A stretch of DNA of 25,436 nucleotides. It comes from Candidatus Tenebribacter burtonii. GTDB lineage: Bacteria > Cloacimonadota > Cloacimonadia > Cloacimonadales > TCS61. The DNA lies in the NCBI GenBank assembly GCA_030765625.1, contig JAVCCF010000146.1, positions 1 to 25,436 of the forward strand. The letters run 5' to 3'. Below the pieces are notes generated by a model. It was not told where the DNA came from. It did not search any database and worked only from the letters and a program-made list of their open reading frames with translations. Shown one piece after another: positions 1 through 7,081 of this stretch (its first letter is position 1; every line of letters starts with the position of its first letter). The position numbers were made by a program, and so were the translations under genes.

Positions 1-2433
1 GATCATTTTATTGATCTTCTCAAGAACTGAAGCAGATGGTGTATTCAACTGACGTCCAATTTCATCAATTTCATCTTCAAGTATCTTAACATATTTTTCA
101 GCTTTCACACCTGTAATCCCTTCAATTCTTCGAATCCCGGCAGCGATAGAAGATTCTGAAGTAATTTTGAATAAACCGATTTCACCTGTATATTTTAAGT
201 GAGTTCCACCACAAAGTTCTTTGGAATAATCTCCAATGCTCACAACTCTTACTTTTTCTCCATACTTCTCACCGAACAAGGCAACAGCACCTTCTCTCTT
301 TGCATCTTCAATGTTCATAACTTTTGTTTTTACAGGTAAACATTCACGGATTTTCTCATTTACTGCTCTCTCAATAATATCAAGTTCATGCTTTTTTACT
401 TGTTTGAAATTGGTGAAATCAAAACGCATGTGATCGGGATGCAAATATGATCCTTTTTGCTGAATATGATCTCCCAATACATCTTTTAGTGCTTTGTGTA
501 AAATGTGTGTAACTGTATGATTTCTGGTAATACCCATTCTCCTTTCAACATCAATTTCTGCTGTAAATTCTTTGATGTTAATTTCACCTTTCTGCAATTT
601 ACCAAAATGAATAAACATATCTGCATCTTTATGAACATCTGTAATCAAGATTTCACATTCATCATTAAATAGCTTTCCAGTATCTGCAATTTGTCCGCCG
701 GATTCAGCATAGAACGGAGTTTTATTCAGCACGATTTTTACGTTTGTTCCTTCTAAATCGTATTTTATTATTTTACAAGTTGAAGAATTTTCTGTGTAAC
801 CCACAAATTCTGTTGGAATATTTTCAGATAATTTCACCCAATCTATTTTATCTGTCTTCAGATTAAATTTAGCTGCATCTCTGGCTCGTTTTTTTTGTTT
901 TTCCATTTCTATTTTAAAACCTTCTTCATCAACAGTTAATCCTTTTTCTTCTGCCATAATTTTAGTAAGATCGAGTGGGAATCCGTAGGTGTCGTAAAGT
1001 TTAAAAACATTTTTCCCAGACAATAAATTAAAATTTTTAATATTATTTTGTATTATTGAAGATATATTTTTTTGAAACTTAATAAATGATTCAGATTGAT
1101 TTTTTAAATTCTCGTGAAGTAATTCCACAAAATTATTTTCGAAAGTTGTTATACTCGGTAAATCTACTTTTATGTTGGGAAATTCTATTTTTACCGGTAG
1201 AATATTTGAAATGCTCTTTTGGAATTTATGCATATCAACTATCTGATTTTTGAATGTATTCTGTAAAGTTCTTGAAATATCTTGAAATTTGTTAGAAAGT
1301 AATGAAGAAAATTCTTTTAATCCATTATCTAAGGTCAGATTAAAACGTTCCTCTTCAGCTTTGATGACCATTTTGATGTGAGTTTTTTGATCTCTAAGTT
1401 CGGTAAAATGATCTGCCATCAAATCTACAACAATATCAACAAGTTTGTAAAGAAATGCTTCTTTCATATTCAGTAAATGTCCATGACGAGCAGCTCTTCG
1501 CAAAATCCTGCGCAATACATAACCTCTTCCTTCATTAGAAGGCATTCCACCATCTGCCATGGCAAAAACCAAAGCCCGAATATGGTCAGCAATTACACGA
1601 TGGGAAGTTCCCCTTTCATCTGTATGATATTTTATGCCTGATACTTTTTCTATCTCTTTTATCAAAGGTTGGAACACATCTGTATCATAATTGGAACTTT
1701 TATTTTGCAGAACCTGGCAAACACGTTCAAAGCCGGCACCAGTATCAACATATTTATTTTCAAGTGGATTTAAGGCACCATCTTCATCACGAAAGAACTG
1801 GATAAAAACAAGATTCCAAAGTTCGATATATCGATGGCAATCACCATTCACTTTGCATTGATGGTTAGAGTCATCTTTTAAATTACAAAATTTCTCACCT
1901 CTGTCTATATGAATTTCAGAACAGGGACCGCATGGACCGGTACTTCCCATTTCCCAAAAATTATCTTTGTCACCGTGATATTCAATATGAGATTTTTCAA
2001 TATCCGTTTCATTTTCCCAAATTTCATAAGCTTCTTTATCAGATGTATGAACAGTTGCATAAAGTTTATCTTTGGGAAGCTTCCAAACATCGGTAAGTAA
2101 TTCCCAAGCCCATTTTATTGCTTCCTTTTTATAATAATCTCCAAATGACCAGTTGCCCAGCATTTCAAAAAAAGTGTGATGATAACCATCTCTGCCGACT
2201 TCATCCAAATCGTTATGTTTCCCACCGGCTCGAATACATTTCTGGCTGTTCACAACTCTTTTATATTCCGGTTTTCTTTCCCCCAGGAAGATATCTTTAA
2301 ATTGGTTCATACCGGCATTAATAAAAAGAAGTGTGGGATCATCTATCGGTATAACAGGTGCGGAAGGAACGATTTTATGATTCTTTTTTTTGAAAAAATC
2401 CAAATATTGTTTTCTGATTTCATTACTGTTCAT
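1..2433 (-). CDS. alaS: Alanine--tRNA ligase (AlaRS), N-terminal 811 codons; the 3' end runs off the window
   Basis: Absent from the ORF track because no stop codon lies inside the window. Hand translation of the reverse strand from ATG 2433..2431 stays open to base 1. It reads MNSNEIRKQYLDFFKKKNHKIVPSAPVIP.DDPTLLFINAGMNQFKD..KCIRAGGKHNDLDEVGRDGYHHTFFEMLGNWSFGDYYK..GPCGPCSEIH..YIELWNLVFIQF..VDTGAGFERV..RVIADHIRA..SNEGRGYVLRRILRRAARH..FKLYDTYGFPLDLT..TPFYAESGGQIADTG..RNHTVTHILHKAL..ALFGEKYGEKVRVV..ELCGGTHL. These are canonical class II AlaRS catalytic and editing-domain motifs. GGAG lies about 11 nt upstream of the ATG. Confidence 0.95.
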   Translation of the reverse strand, partial: MNSNEIRKQYLDFFKKKNHKIVPSAPVIPIDDPTLLFINAGMNQFKDIFLGERKPEYKRVVNSQKCIRAGGKHNDLDEVGRDGYHHTFFEMLGNWSFGDYYKKEAIKWAWELLTDVWKLPKDKLYATVHTSDKEAYEIWENETDIEKSHIEYHGDKDNFWEMGSTGPCGPCSEIHIDRGEKFCNLKDDSNHQCKVNGDCHRYIELWNLVFIQFFRDEDGALNPLENKYVDTGAGFERVCQVLQNKSSNYDTDVFQPLIKEIEKVSGIKYHTDERGTSHRVIADHIRALVFAMADGGMPSNEGRGYVLRRILRRAARHGHLLNMKEAFLYKLVDIVVDLMADHFTELRDQKTHIKMVIKAEEERFNLTLDNGLKEFSSLLSNKFQDISRTLQNTFKNQIVDMHKFQKSISNILPVKIEFPNIKVDLPSITTFENNFVELLHENLKNQSESFIKFQKNISSIIQNNIKNFNLLSGKNVFKLYDTYGFPLDLTKIMAEEKGLTVDEEGFKIEMEKQKKRARDAAKFNLKTDKIDWVKLSENIPTEFVGYTENSSTCKIIKYDLEGTNVKIVLNKTPFYAESGGQIADTGKLFNDECEILITDVHKDADMFIHFGKLQKGEINIKEFTAEIDVERRMGITRNHTVTHILHKALKDVLGDHIQQKGSYLHPDHMRFDFTNFKQVKKHELDIIERAVNEKIRECLPVKTKVMNIEDAKREGAVALFGEKYGEKVRVVSIGDYSKELCGGTHLKYTGEIGLFKITSESSIAAGIRRIEGITGVKAEKYVKILEDEIDEIGRQLNTPSASVLEKINKMI

Positions 2434-2793
2434 TTTTCTCAAGCTCCATTATAATTAACTTTAAAAGTTTTTATTAATATGAGAAATATCCGTCTTTCTG
2501 AAGAAATCTTCAATGATCATTCTCACGAATAATCTCATAATAAATGGAGATTCTTCCTATAGAACAACGTGAATGATTCGTCAGGATGACAAGAAACACT
2601 CCCTATGTAAAAACTCTTTCTAACTAACTCTAAATTCAATTGTTGTAAAAATCGGTAAGTAAGAATTTCTGTAAAGAAAAAAGGGGGATTGCTGTACTGT
2701 AACATTACACGCTGAACTGATAGAACCCATCTTAATTCCCCCTTATTATCCAGCTGATTCCTACTTCATAAATTATTATAATTAAGGCAATAA

Positions 2794-2841
2794 ACTTTTT
2801 ATACTTTTAATGATCATCAATAATTTATAAGTATAAAAAGT
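2794..2841. promoter_or_regulatory. 48-nt inverted repeat in a divergent intergenic region; candidate operator or cruciform, function unknown
   Basis: Arms ACTTTTTATACTT (2794-2806) and AAGTATAAAAAGT (2829-2841) are perfect 13-bp reverse complements. Three more pairs (2808-2810 with 2825-2827) follow one T/T mismatch. The repeat sits between two outward-facing SD-preceded mini-ORFs (see findings). TTGACA occurs at 2853-2858, but I could not find a convincing -10 box. Confidence 0.5.
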
Positions 2842-2963
2842 CCACATCTTCATTGACAATAATAATTCTGTCTTTTTCTTTTTAATAGATATTAGAATCA
2901 GAGAAGAATTTGCAGGAGAAGATACTATGAAAAATTTTACCGATAGTTTTATGCTCATTTATA

Positions 2964-3293
2964 ATGGCGGCACATCTTGGTAAAGTAAATATGTTTGTTT
3001 TACAATATATAAGTCTATTAATTCCATTTATTCTATTTTGGAAAAACAAAATCTCAGCAAGAGCAGTTCAGATATTCTTAATTTTATACGGTTTTGAATG
3101 GATCCGCACTTTAATTTATTATGCACGTATCAGAGAAGAGAAAGGTGAAGATTGGCTTCGTTTAGCAATTATTCTGGGAGTTGTTGCACTTCTTAATTTC
3201 GCAACTGCTCTGGTTTTTCGTACTAAAACTATGAAGGAAAGATACGAGTTGAAAGAGGTTTTACTTTTTTTGCAACCTCGCGAAGAAAATTAA
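2964..3293 (+). CDS. Small hypothetical integral membrane protein (about 3 TM helices); the real start may be ATG 2991
   Basis: ORF-track entry of 109 aa with three hydrophobic stretches: FVLQYISLLIPFILFW, AVQIFLILYGFEWIRTLIYY and LRLAIILGVVALLNFATALVF. I recognise no family. There is no SD before 2964. An SD-preceded 18-codon uORF (2927-2983) stops 7 nt before the in-frame ATG at 2991. Confidence 0.55.
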   Translation: MAAHLGKVNMFVLQYISLLIPFILFWKNKISARAVQIFLILYGFEWIRTLIYYARIREEKGEDWLRLAIILGVVALLNFATALVFRTKTMKERYELKEVLLFLQPREEN

Positions 3294-3305
3294 TACCTCT
3301 TTCAA
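3249..3305. terminator. Inverted repeat between convergent genes; possible bidirectional terminator
   Basis: TTGAAAGAGGT (3249-3259) and ACCTCTTTCAA (3295-3305) are perfect 11-bp complements. An inner GAGGTT/AACCTC stem lies at 3255-3260 and 3274-3279. The structure spans the stop codon of the plus-strand gene (3293) and ends 3 nt before the stop of the minus-strand gene (3308). There is no clean U-tract, so confidence is moderate. Confidence 0.4.
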
Positions 3306-3307
3306 TT

Positions 3308-4066
3308 TTATGTCTGAGTAGGTCTCTCACGTTTTTTAGCTTTTAATAGTTCTTTTTCCAATGCATTTATCAAATTAGTGTATCTAGCTTTGTTGTTATA
3401 TTTCGTTAAGAGTTTAATAAAATTATTTACTCTTTTTTCTAAATCATTAACAATATCAAAATCAGAAGAGAAAAGCATTGGAAAACAACTTTCACAAATT
3501 GTTTTAGTTACTCGCTGAAAATTTCCATAATCCTCACCCTCTAAATAGAAACTAGATGCATAAATATAACTTACTAGACTTTGTGCATAATATCTCTTAT
3601 TGAGTTCAAATCTACCTTGAACATGAAATACCATTCCACTCATTGCATCAGATTTTTTTTCAAATCCAATTTCCATTTTTTCTATTTTCTCTTTGAATCC
3701 AATTTCCATTTTTTCTATTTTCTCTTTGAATTTTTCTTCATACAAATCAAATTCGTTTTTAATTTCACTTTTTATTTCTACTAATAATTCTTGTTTTAGA
3801 TTTTCCTTTTCAATTTTCAGTTTTTTAGTTTGATAAAAGTTTATGAATAATGGAAGCAAAATACCTATAAAAGCTACAAGAATTCCGAAGAAAATCATAA
3901 CATCATAATACAAAGAATGTAGTTTATCAAGAATTTGCAAGTTACTCTCTGTTGCAGTAATTTCTTTTTGTATTGCTGGTTGCTCAGAGGTAACATCCTC
4001 AATAGTTGAGCATATTAATGTATTATATAATAGAAATACTAATAAAACAATAATTATTATTTTCAT
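3308..4066 (-). CDS. Hypothetical membrane-anchored coiled-coil protein (ORFan)
   Basis: ORF-track entry of 252 aa. It has an N-terminal hydrophobic signal or anchor (MKIIIIVLLVFLLYNTLICS) and a second TM segment (VMIFFGILVAFIGILLPLFINFY). A K/E-rich heptad-like region contains an exact FKEKIEKMEIG duplication. The C-terminal region of about 110 aa is helical and uncharacterised. AGGAGGAGAAAG lies immediately upstream of the ATG at 4066. Confidence 0.7.
   Translation of the reverse strand: MKIIIIVLLVFLLYNTLICSTIEDVTSEQPAIQKEITATESNLQILDKLHSLYYDVMIFFGILVAFIGILLPLFINFYQTKKLKIEKENLKQELLVEIKSEIKNEFDLYEEKFKEKIEKMEIGFKEKIEKMEIGFEKKSDAMSGMVFHVQGRFELNKRYYAQSLVSYIYASSFYLEGEDYGNFQRVTKTICESCFPMLFSSDFDIVNDLEKRVNNFIKLLTKYNNKARYTNLINALEKELLKAKKRERPTQT
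3664..3729. repeat. Perfect 2 x 33-bp tandem direct repeat inside the 3308-4066 CDS
   Basis: ATCCAATTTCCATTTTTTCTATTTTCTCTTTGA occurs at 3664-3696 and again at 3697-3729. The repeat is in frame (11 codons) and encodes the duplicated KEKIEKMEIGF peptide on the minus strand. Confidence 0.95.
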
Positions 4067-4174
4067 CTTTCTCCTCCTAATAATAGATACTTAATTATTT
4101 AATTTTCAATATAATTTCAAAGTCAGAAACTTTATATCTTTGTCAATAATATTAGATGAATCTACTTCTTATGA

Positions 4175-4684
4175 TCAATTCTTGAAACACTTCGTTAATA
4201 TATTTCTCAATTTGAGATTCACATACAGATCACTGGTTTCCAAAAATTCTACAAATTCCTGATGTAAAAATTTCTGTTCTATCTTTAATTGTACATAACA
4301 TTTTACATGGCTTCCTTTAATTGGGATAGTGTAGACCTCACCCAATTCAATCTGGACATCTGCAATATTCATCAGGTAATTTGTAAAGTGTTTAAATACT
4401 TTATCTAGTTCCGCCTGGATCGCATTATTTCCAGAAGTTATGCAATTATCTGCGACATAGTTATTAAGATATTTTTCTATCTTAATTGGATAAGTTTGAA
4501 AGGCAATATTCTTCGCAGTAAGTTTTGCCAGGTACTCTTCATAACTTTCTGCTTCTGCACAACTGATAACATAGCCTTCTTCCTGTACTTTGTACCAAAT
4601 TGGAACTGTAGGTTCTGTTTGTTTTTTTATCATGGAGCAGGAAATGCTAAGGAGAACTATCAGGATTAAAAATATTTTATTCAT
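4175..4684 (-). CDS. Hypothetical lipoprotein (ORFan)
   Basis: ORF-track entry of 169 aa. MNKIFLILIVLLSISCS gives a signal peptide with a lipobox-like LSISC. I recognise no family with confidence. It is co-directional with the 3308-4066 gene and 108 nt upstream of it. Confidence 0.65.
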   Translation of the reverse strand: MNKIFLILIVLLSISCSMIKKQTEPTVPIWYKVQEEGYVISCAEAESYEEYLAKLTAKNIAFQTYPIKIEKYLNNYVADNCITSGNNAIQAELDKVFKHFTNYLMNIADVQIELGEVYTIPIKGSHVKCYVQLKIEQKFLHQEFVEFLETSDLYVNLKLRNILTKCFKN

Positions 4685-4869
4685 CTTACACTCCTAAAGT
4701 TATTTTATAGTACAATGATTATTTATTAGTAAATCAGCGTCAAGAAAAGTGAATGACAGCAGGATAATTTACCATGATATTTTAAGATTTGTTTGACTTT
4801 CTACTCTCATCTATGCTTTCTGATTCAAGGAGAATAAATAAGAAAATAATTGGATGGAAACCTTAACAT

Positions 4870-6240
4870 ATGAATAAACTCATCACCAGTCATAGACACT
4901 TTCACGCTGAAGAATTCAAGCAGGTTTGGAAGATCGCCTGGCCTATCATTCTTACTAATATGTTGCAGGTTACTGTAGGCATTGTCGATTTTAAGATGGT
5001 CGGTTCACTTGGTATCGAATCTATCGCGGCGGTTGGAATGAGTCGCCAGGTAATGATGTTCATTATGATCTTGATGATAGCGATCAGCGGTGGCAGCTCT
5101 GTACTAGTGGCACATGCTTACGGTGCTAAAGATAAAGCAAAAGTCAGCCGTACCGCAGGACGGTCAGTCACTTTCATGATCCTGGCTGCACTCCTCGTCA
5201 TCATGCCGTTGGGACTGCTTTTTTCCAAATCCATCCTAATTTTGTTGGGAGCTGAACCTGAAGTTATCGGATTGGGATTTTCCTATTTGCGAATCCTTTT
5301 TCTGGGCAGCATTTTTTCTATGTTCAATTTCGTGATCACCGGCATTCTGCTGGGTGTGGGAAAAACCAAAGTTTCCCTGAACCTGCTTTTGATAACCAAT
5401 TCATTGAATATTGTTTTTAACTATATTTTCATTTTTGGAGTTGGAGCGATTCCGGCTATGGGTGTGAAAGGTGCAGCTTTGGGAACGGTTGCATCTCGCT
5501 TTATCGGTTCCTTTATTGGTGTGTGGATCTTATTTTCCAAACGTTTCCCCATTCAAATAAATTTGAGAGATTCACTTACATTCGATTTTCCACTGCTGAA
5601 GAAAATCCTTTTTCTAGGTGGGCCCAGATCGATGCAGGGAATTGTGCGCAATTTCTCAAGGTTGTTCATTTTCAGGATCATCACTTTGCTGCCGGATTCC
5701 ACCAGGGCGATCTCCGCTTACAGTGTAGCAATGCAAGTGCGAATGATTTCCAGTTTTGTAGGGTTGGCTTTTATGAATGCTACCATGAGCCGGGTGGGGC
5801 AGAACATGGGTGCTGGGAAACCGGAACTGGCCGAAAAAAGCGGCTGGTTAGCAGCCGGTATGGCAACCGGAATTATGACCTTTGTTGCTCTGATCTTTTT
5901 CTTTTTTCCCGAATCTATTATGAGTTTCTTCACCGATGATGTTGATGCGATCCAAATGGGAAAAACCTTTTTCATGATCGTTGCCGTAAGTGAACCGACG
6001 ATGGCGTTTGCCTTTGCTTTGGGTGGTGGTTTACGTGGAGGTGGAGATCCGCTTTCACCTTTCCTCTATTCCAGCGTTTCTGATCTGGTGGTGGTAATCG
6101 TCTGCGGCTACATAATGGCGATAACTTTGAATCTTGGTTTTGCCGGAATTGCCATTGGTATTGCAGTAAGTTCTCTTACGCGTGCCATTCCTTCCACCTG
6201 GAAATTCAAACAGGGGAAATGGAAGAAGAATATATTGTAG
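4870..6240 (+). CDS. MATE family multidrug/toxic-compound efflux transporter
   Basis: 456 aa with about 12 hydrophobic helices arranged as two 6-TM halves. The N-terminal WKIAWPIILTNMLQVTVGIVDFKMVGSLG and the later LGGPRSMQ / AISAYSVAMQV segments are typical of NorM/DinF-type MATE proteins. Confidence 0.9.
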   Translation: MNKLITSHRHFHAEEFKQVWKIAWPIILTNMLQVTVGIVDFKMVGSLGIESIAAVGMSRQVMMFIMILMIAISGGSSVLVAHAYGAKDKAKVSRTAGRSVTFMILAALLVIMPLGLLFSKSILILLGAEPEVIGLGFSYLRILFLGSIFSMFNFVITGILLGVGKTKVSLNLLLITNSLNIVFNYIFIFGVGAIPAMGVKGAALGTVASRFIGSFIGVWILFSKRFPIQINLRDSLTFDFPLLKKILFLGGPRSMQGIVRNFSRLFIFRIITLLPDSTRAISAYSVAMQVRMISSFVGLAFMNATMSRVGQNMGAGKPELAEKSGWLAAGMATGIMTFVALIFFFFPESIMSFFTDDVDAIQMGKTFFMIVAVSEPTMAFAFALGGGLRGGGDPLSPFLYSSVSDLVVVIVCGYIMAITLNLGFAGIAIGIAVSSLTRAIPSTWKFKQGKWKKNIL

Positions 6241-6382
6241 AAGTTAAACTAAAAAAACAATATTGTTGTTAAACGTAAACGTTATTATTAATATTGAGCA
6301 AAACAATGCCCATTGCTATCTCATGGGTTTGCAGGTACTCTGCGACAAGATCGATTTTGTTTTTGTTCGTTGTTTTATTTTT

Positions 6383-7078
6383 TTAATTCGTAATTCCCAC
6401 TTTCCCTTGATTCTTCAACCATTTGAGGGCTTCTCTTCTACTTAGATTTGCAAGTTCATTATTGTTTACAAAGTTTATAACTGCCTGTGCATTTGTTTTA
6501 GAATATTCTCGTAAGATCCAACCAATTGCTTTGTTGATAAAAAAATTTTTACTGCCATTTAGACTCATGATGAGATTTTTCATTAGTATTTCATCTGTTT
6601 TTTCTTTGTAACCCAATTGGAATAATAAACAAGCTCTCTGCAACCACATATTCCCGCTTCTCATCCATCTATCAATATATTTATCTCGAATATTGGGAAA
6701 ACGTTTAAAGTGCTCTCCCACCATCCAACTTGCTAATCCGTCCACACTGTCCCACCACGATTTTGTGACGATAAGCTGCTCGAAAAGATCTATGAAATCT
6801 TCATTCCACTTATTGGTGTATTTTTTTAATAAACCAATTGCAACATACTGAAATTCCCGTTCTGGAAGATCCCACAAATCTAAGGTGATCTGCTTCAATT
6901 CTGATATTTGTGGTAAGCTATTTTCTTTAATAAACTCTTGGAACAACTCCTTTCGTCTCGGTGTTTTTATTCCCAAATAAGGAAAGAGATCCTTCATATA
7001 TTTTGCCATTGGTGCAGCGTTGTCAGGGTTGGCATTTGCTTTATATAATTTTATTAAAGACTCAATATAATTGTGCAT
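6383..7078 (-). CDS. alkD: DNA alkylation repair glycosylase, AlkD-type HEAT-like repeat protein
   Basis: 231 aa. LWDLPEREFQ, LIVTKSWWDSVD, NMWLQRACLLFQL, FFINKAIGWILREYSKTN and NNELANLSRREALK closely match my memory of the Bacillus cereus AlkD sequence. The start codon is 3 nt after the upstream GATase stop, consistent with translational coupling. GGAG lies 9 nt upstream. Confidence 0.85.
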   Translation of the reverse strand: MHNYIESLIKLYKANANPDNAAPMAKYMKDLFPYLGIKTPRRKELFQEFIKENSLPQISELKQITLDLWDLPEREFQYVAIGLLKKYTNKWNEDFIDLFEQLIVTKSWWDSVDGLASWMVGEHFKRFPNIRDKYIDRWMRSGNMWLQRACLLFQLGYKEKTDEILMKNLIMSLNGSKNFFINKAIGWILREYSKTNAQAVINFVNNNELANLSRREALKWLKNQGKVGITN

Positions 7079-7081
7079 TGA

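Noticed and set aside
236-2454. Five small ORF-track entries (236-433 +, 1905-2090 -, 1909-2100 +, 2118-2300 +, 2176-2454 +).
   Set aside because: All lie inside, or in other frames of, the hand-translated alaS reading frame. That frame is open for 811 codons with unmistakable AlaRS motifs. The small ORFs have no SD and low-complexity translations.
2581-2603. Shared short motifs between the two long spacers. TCAGGATGA (2581-2589) matches TCATCCTGA (13665-13673) in reverse complement, and ACACTCCC occurs at both 2596-2603 and 13782-13789. Together with TTCGCTTCG at 13695-13703, these hinted at a dispersed repeat family.
   Set aside because: My back-of-envelope expectation for a shared 9-mer between two spacers of about 500 bp, counting both strands, is about 2 (500 x 500 x 2 / 4^9). 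The motifs are arranged in a different order in the two places. This is not distinguishable from chance within one window. A genome-wide count would be needed.
2434-2963. T-box leader, tRNA, tmRNA, RNase P, SRP or 6S RNA in the long alaS-upstream spacer. The same was considered for 13543-13969.
   Set aside because: I scanned by eye for hallmark strings: the T-box GGTGNTACCGCG-like box, the GGTTCGAATCC-type T-loop, the RNase P GAGGAAAGTCC and tmRNA termini. I found none. An unknown RNA remains possible and is covered in the findings.
5523-5975. 138-aa same-strand alternate-frame ORF and 85-aa antisense ORF inside the MATE gene.
   Set aside because: They are nested in a well-supported transporter gene. 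Long alternate frames are expected where local GC is higher. Neither has a start context or a recognisable motif.
6256-6267. Palindrome AACAATATTGTT and the nearby AACGTaaACGTT in the spacer between the convergent MATE and alkD genes, considered as a bidirectional terminator.
   Set aside because: The stems are 4-5 bp, AT-rich and have essentially no loop, so they are energetically negligible. No credible terminator is visible in 6241-6382.
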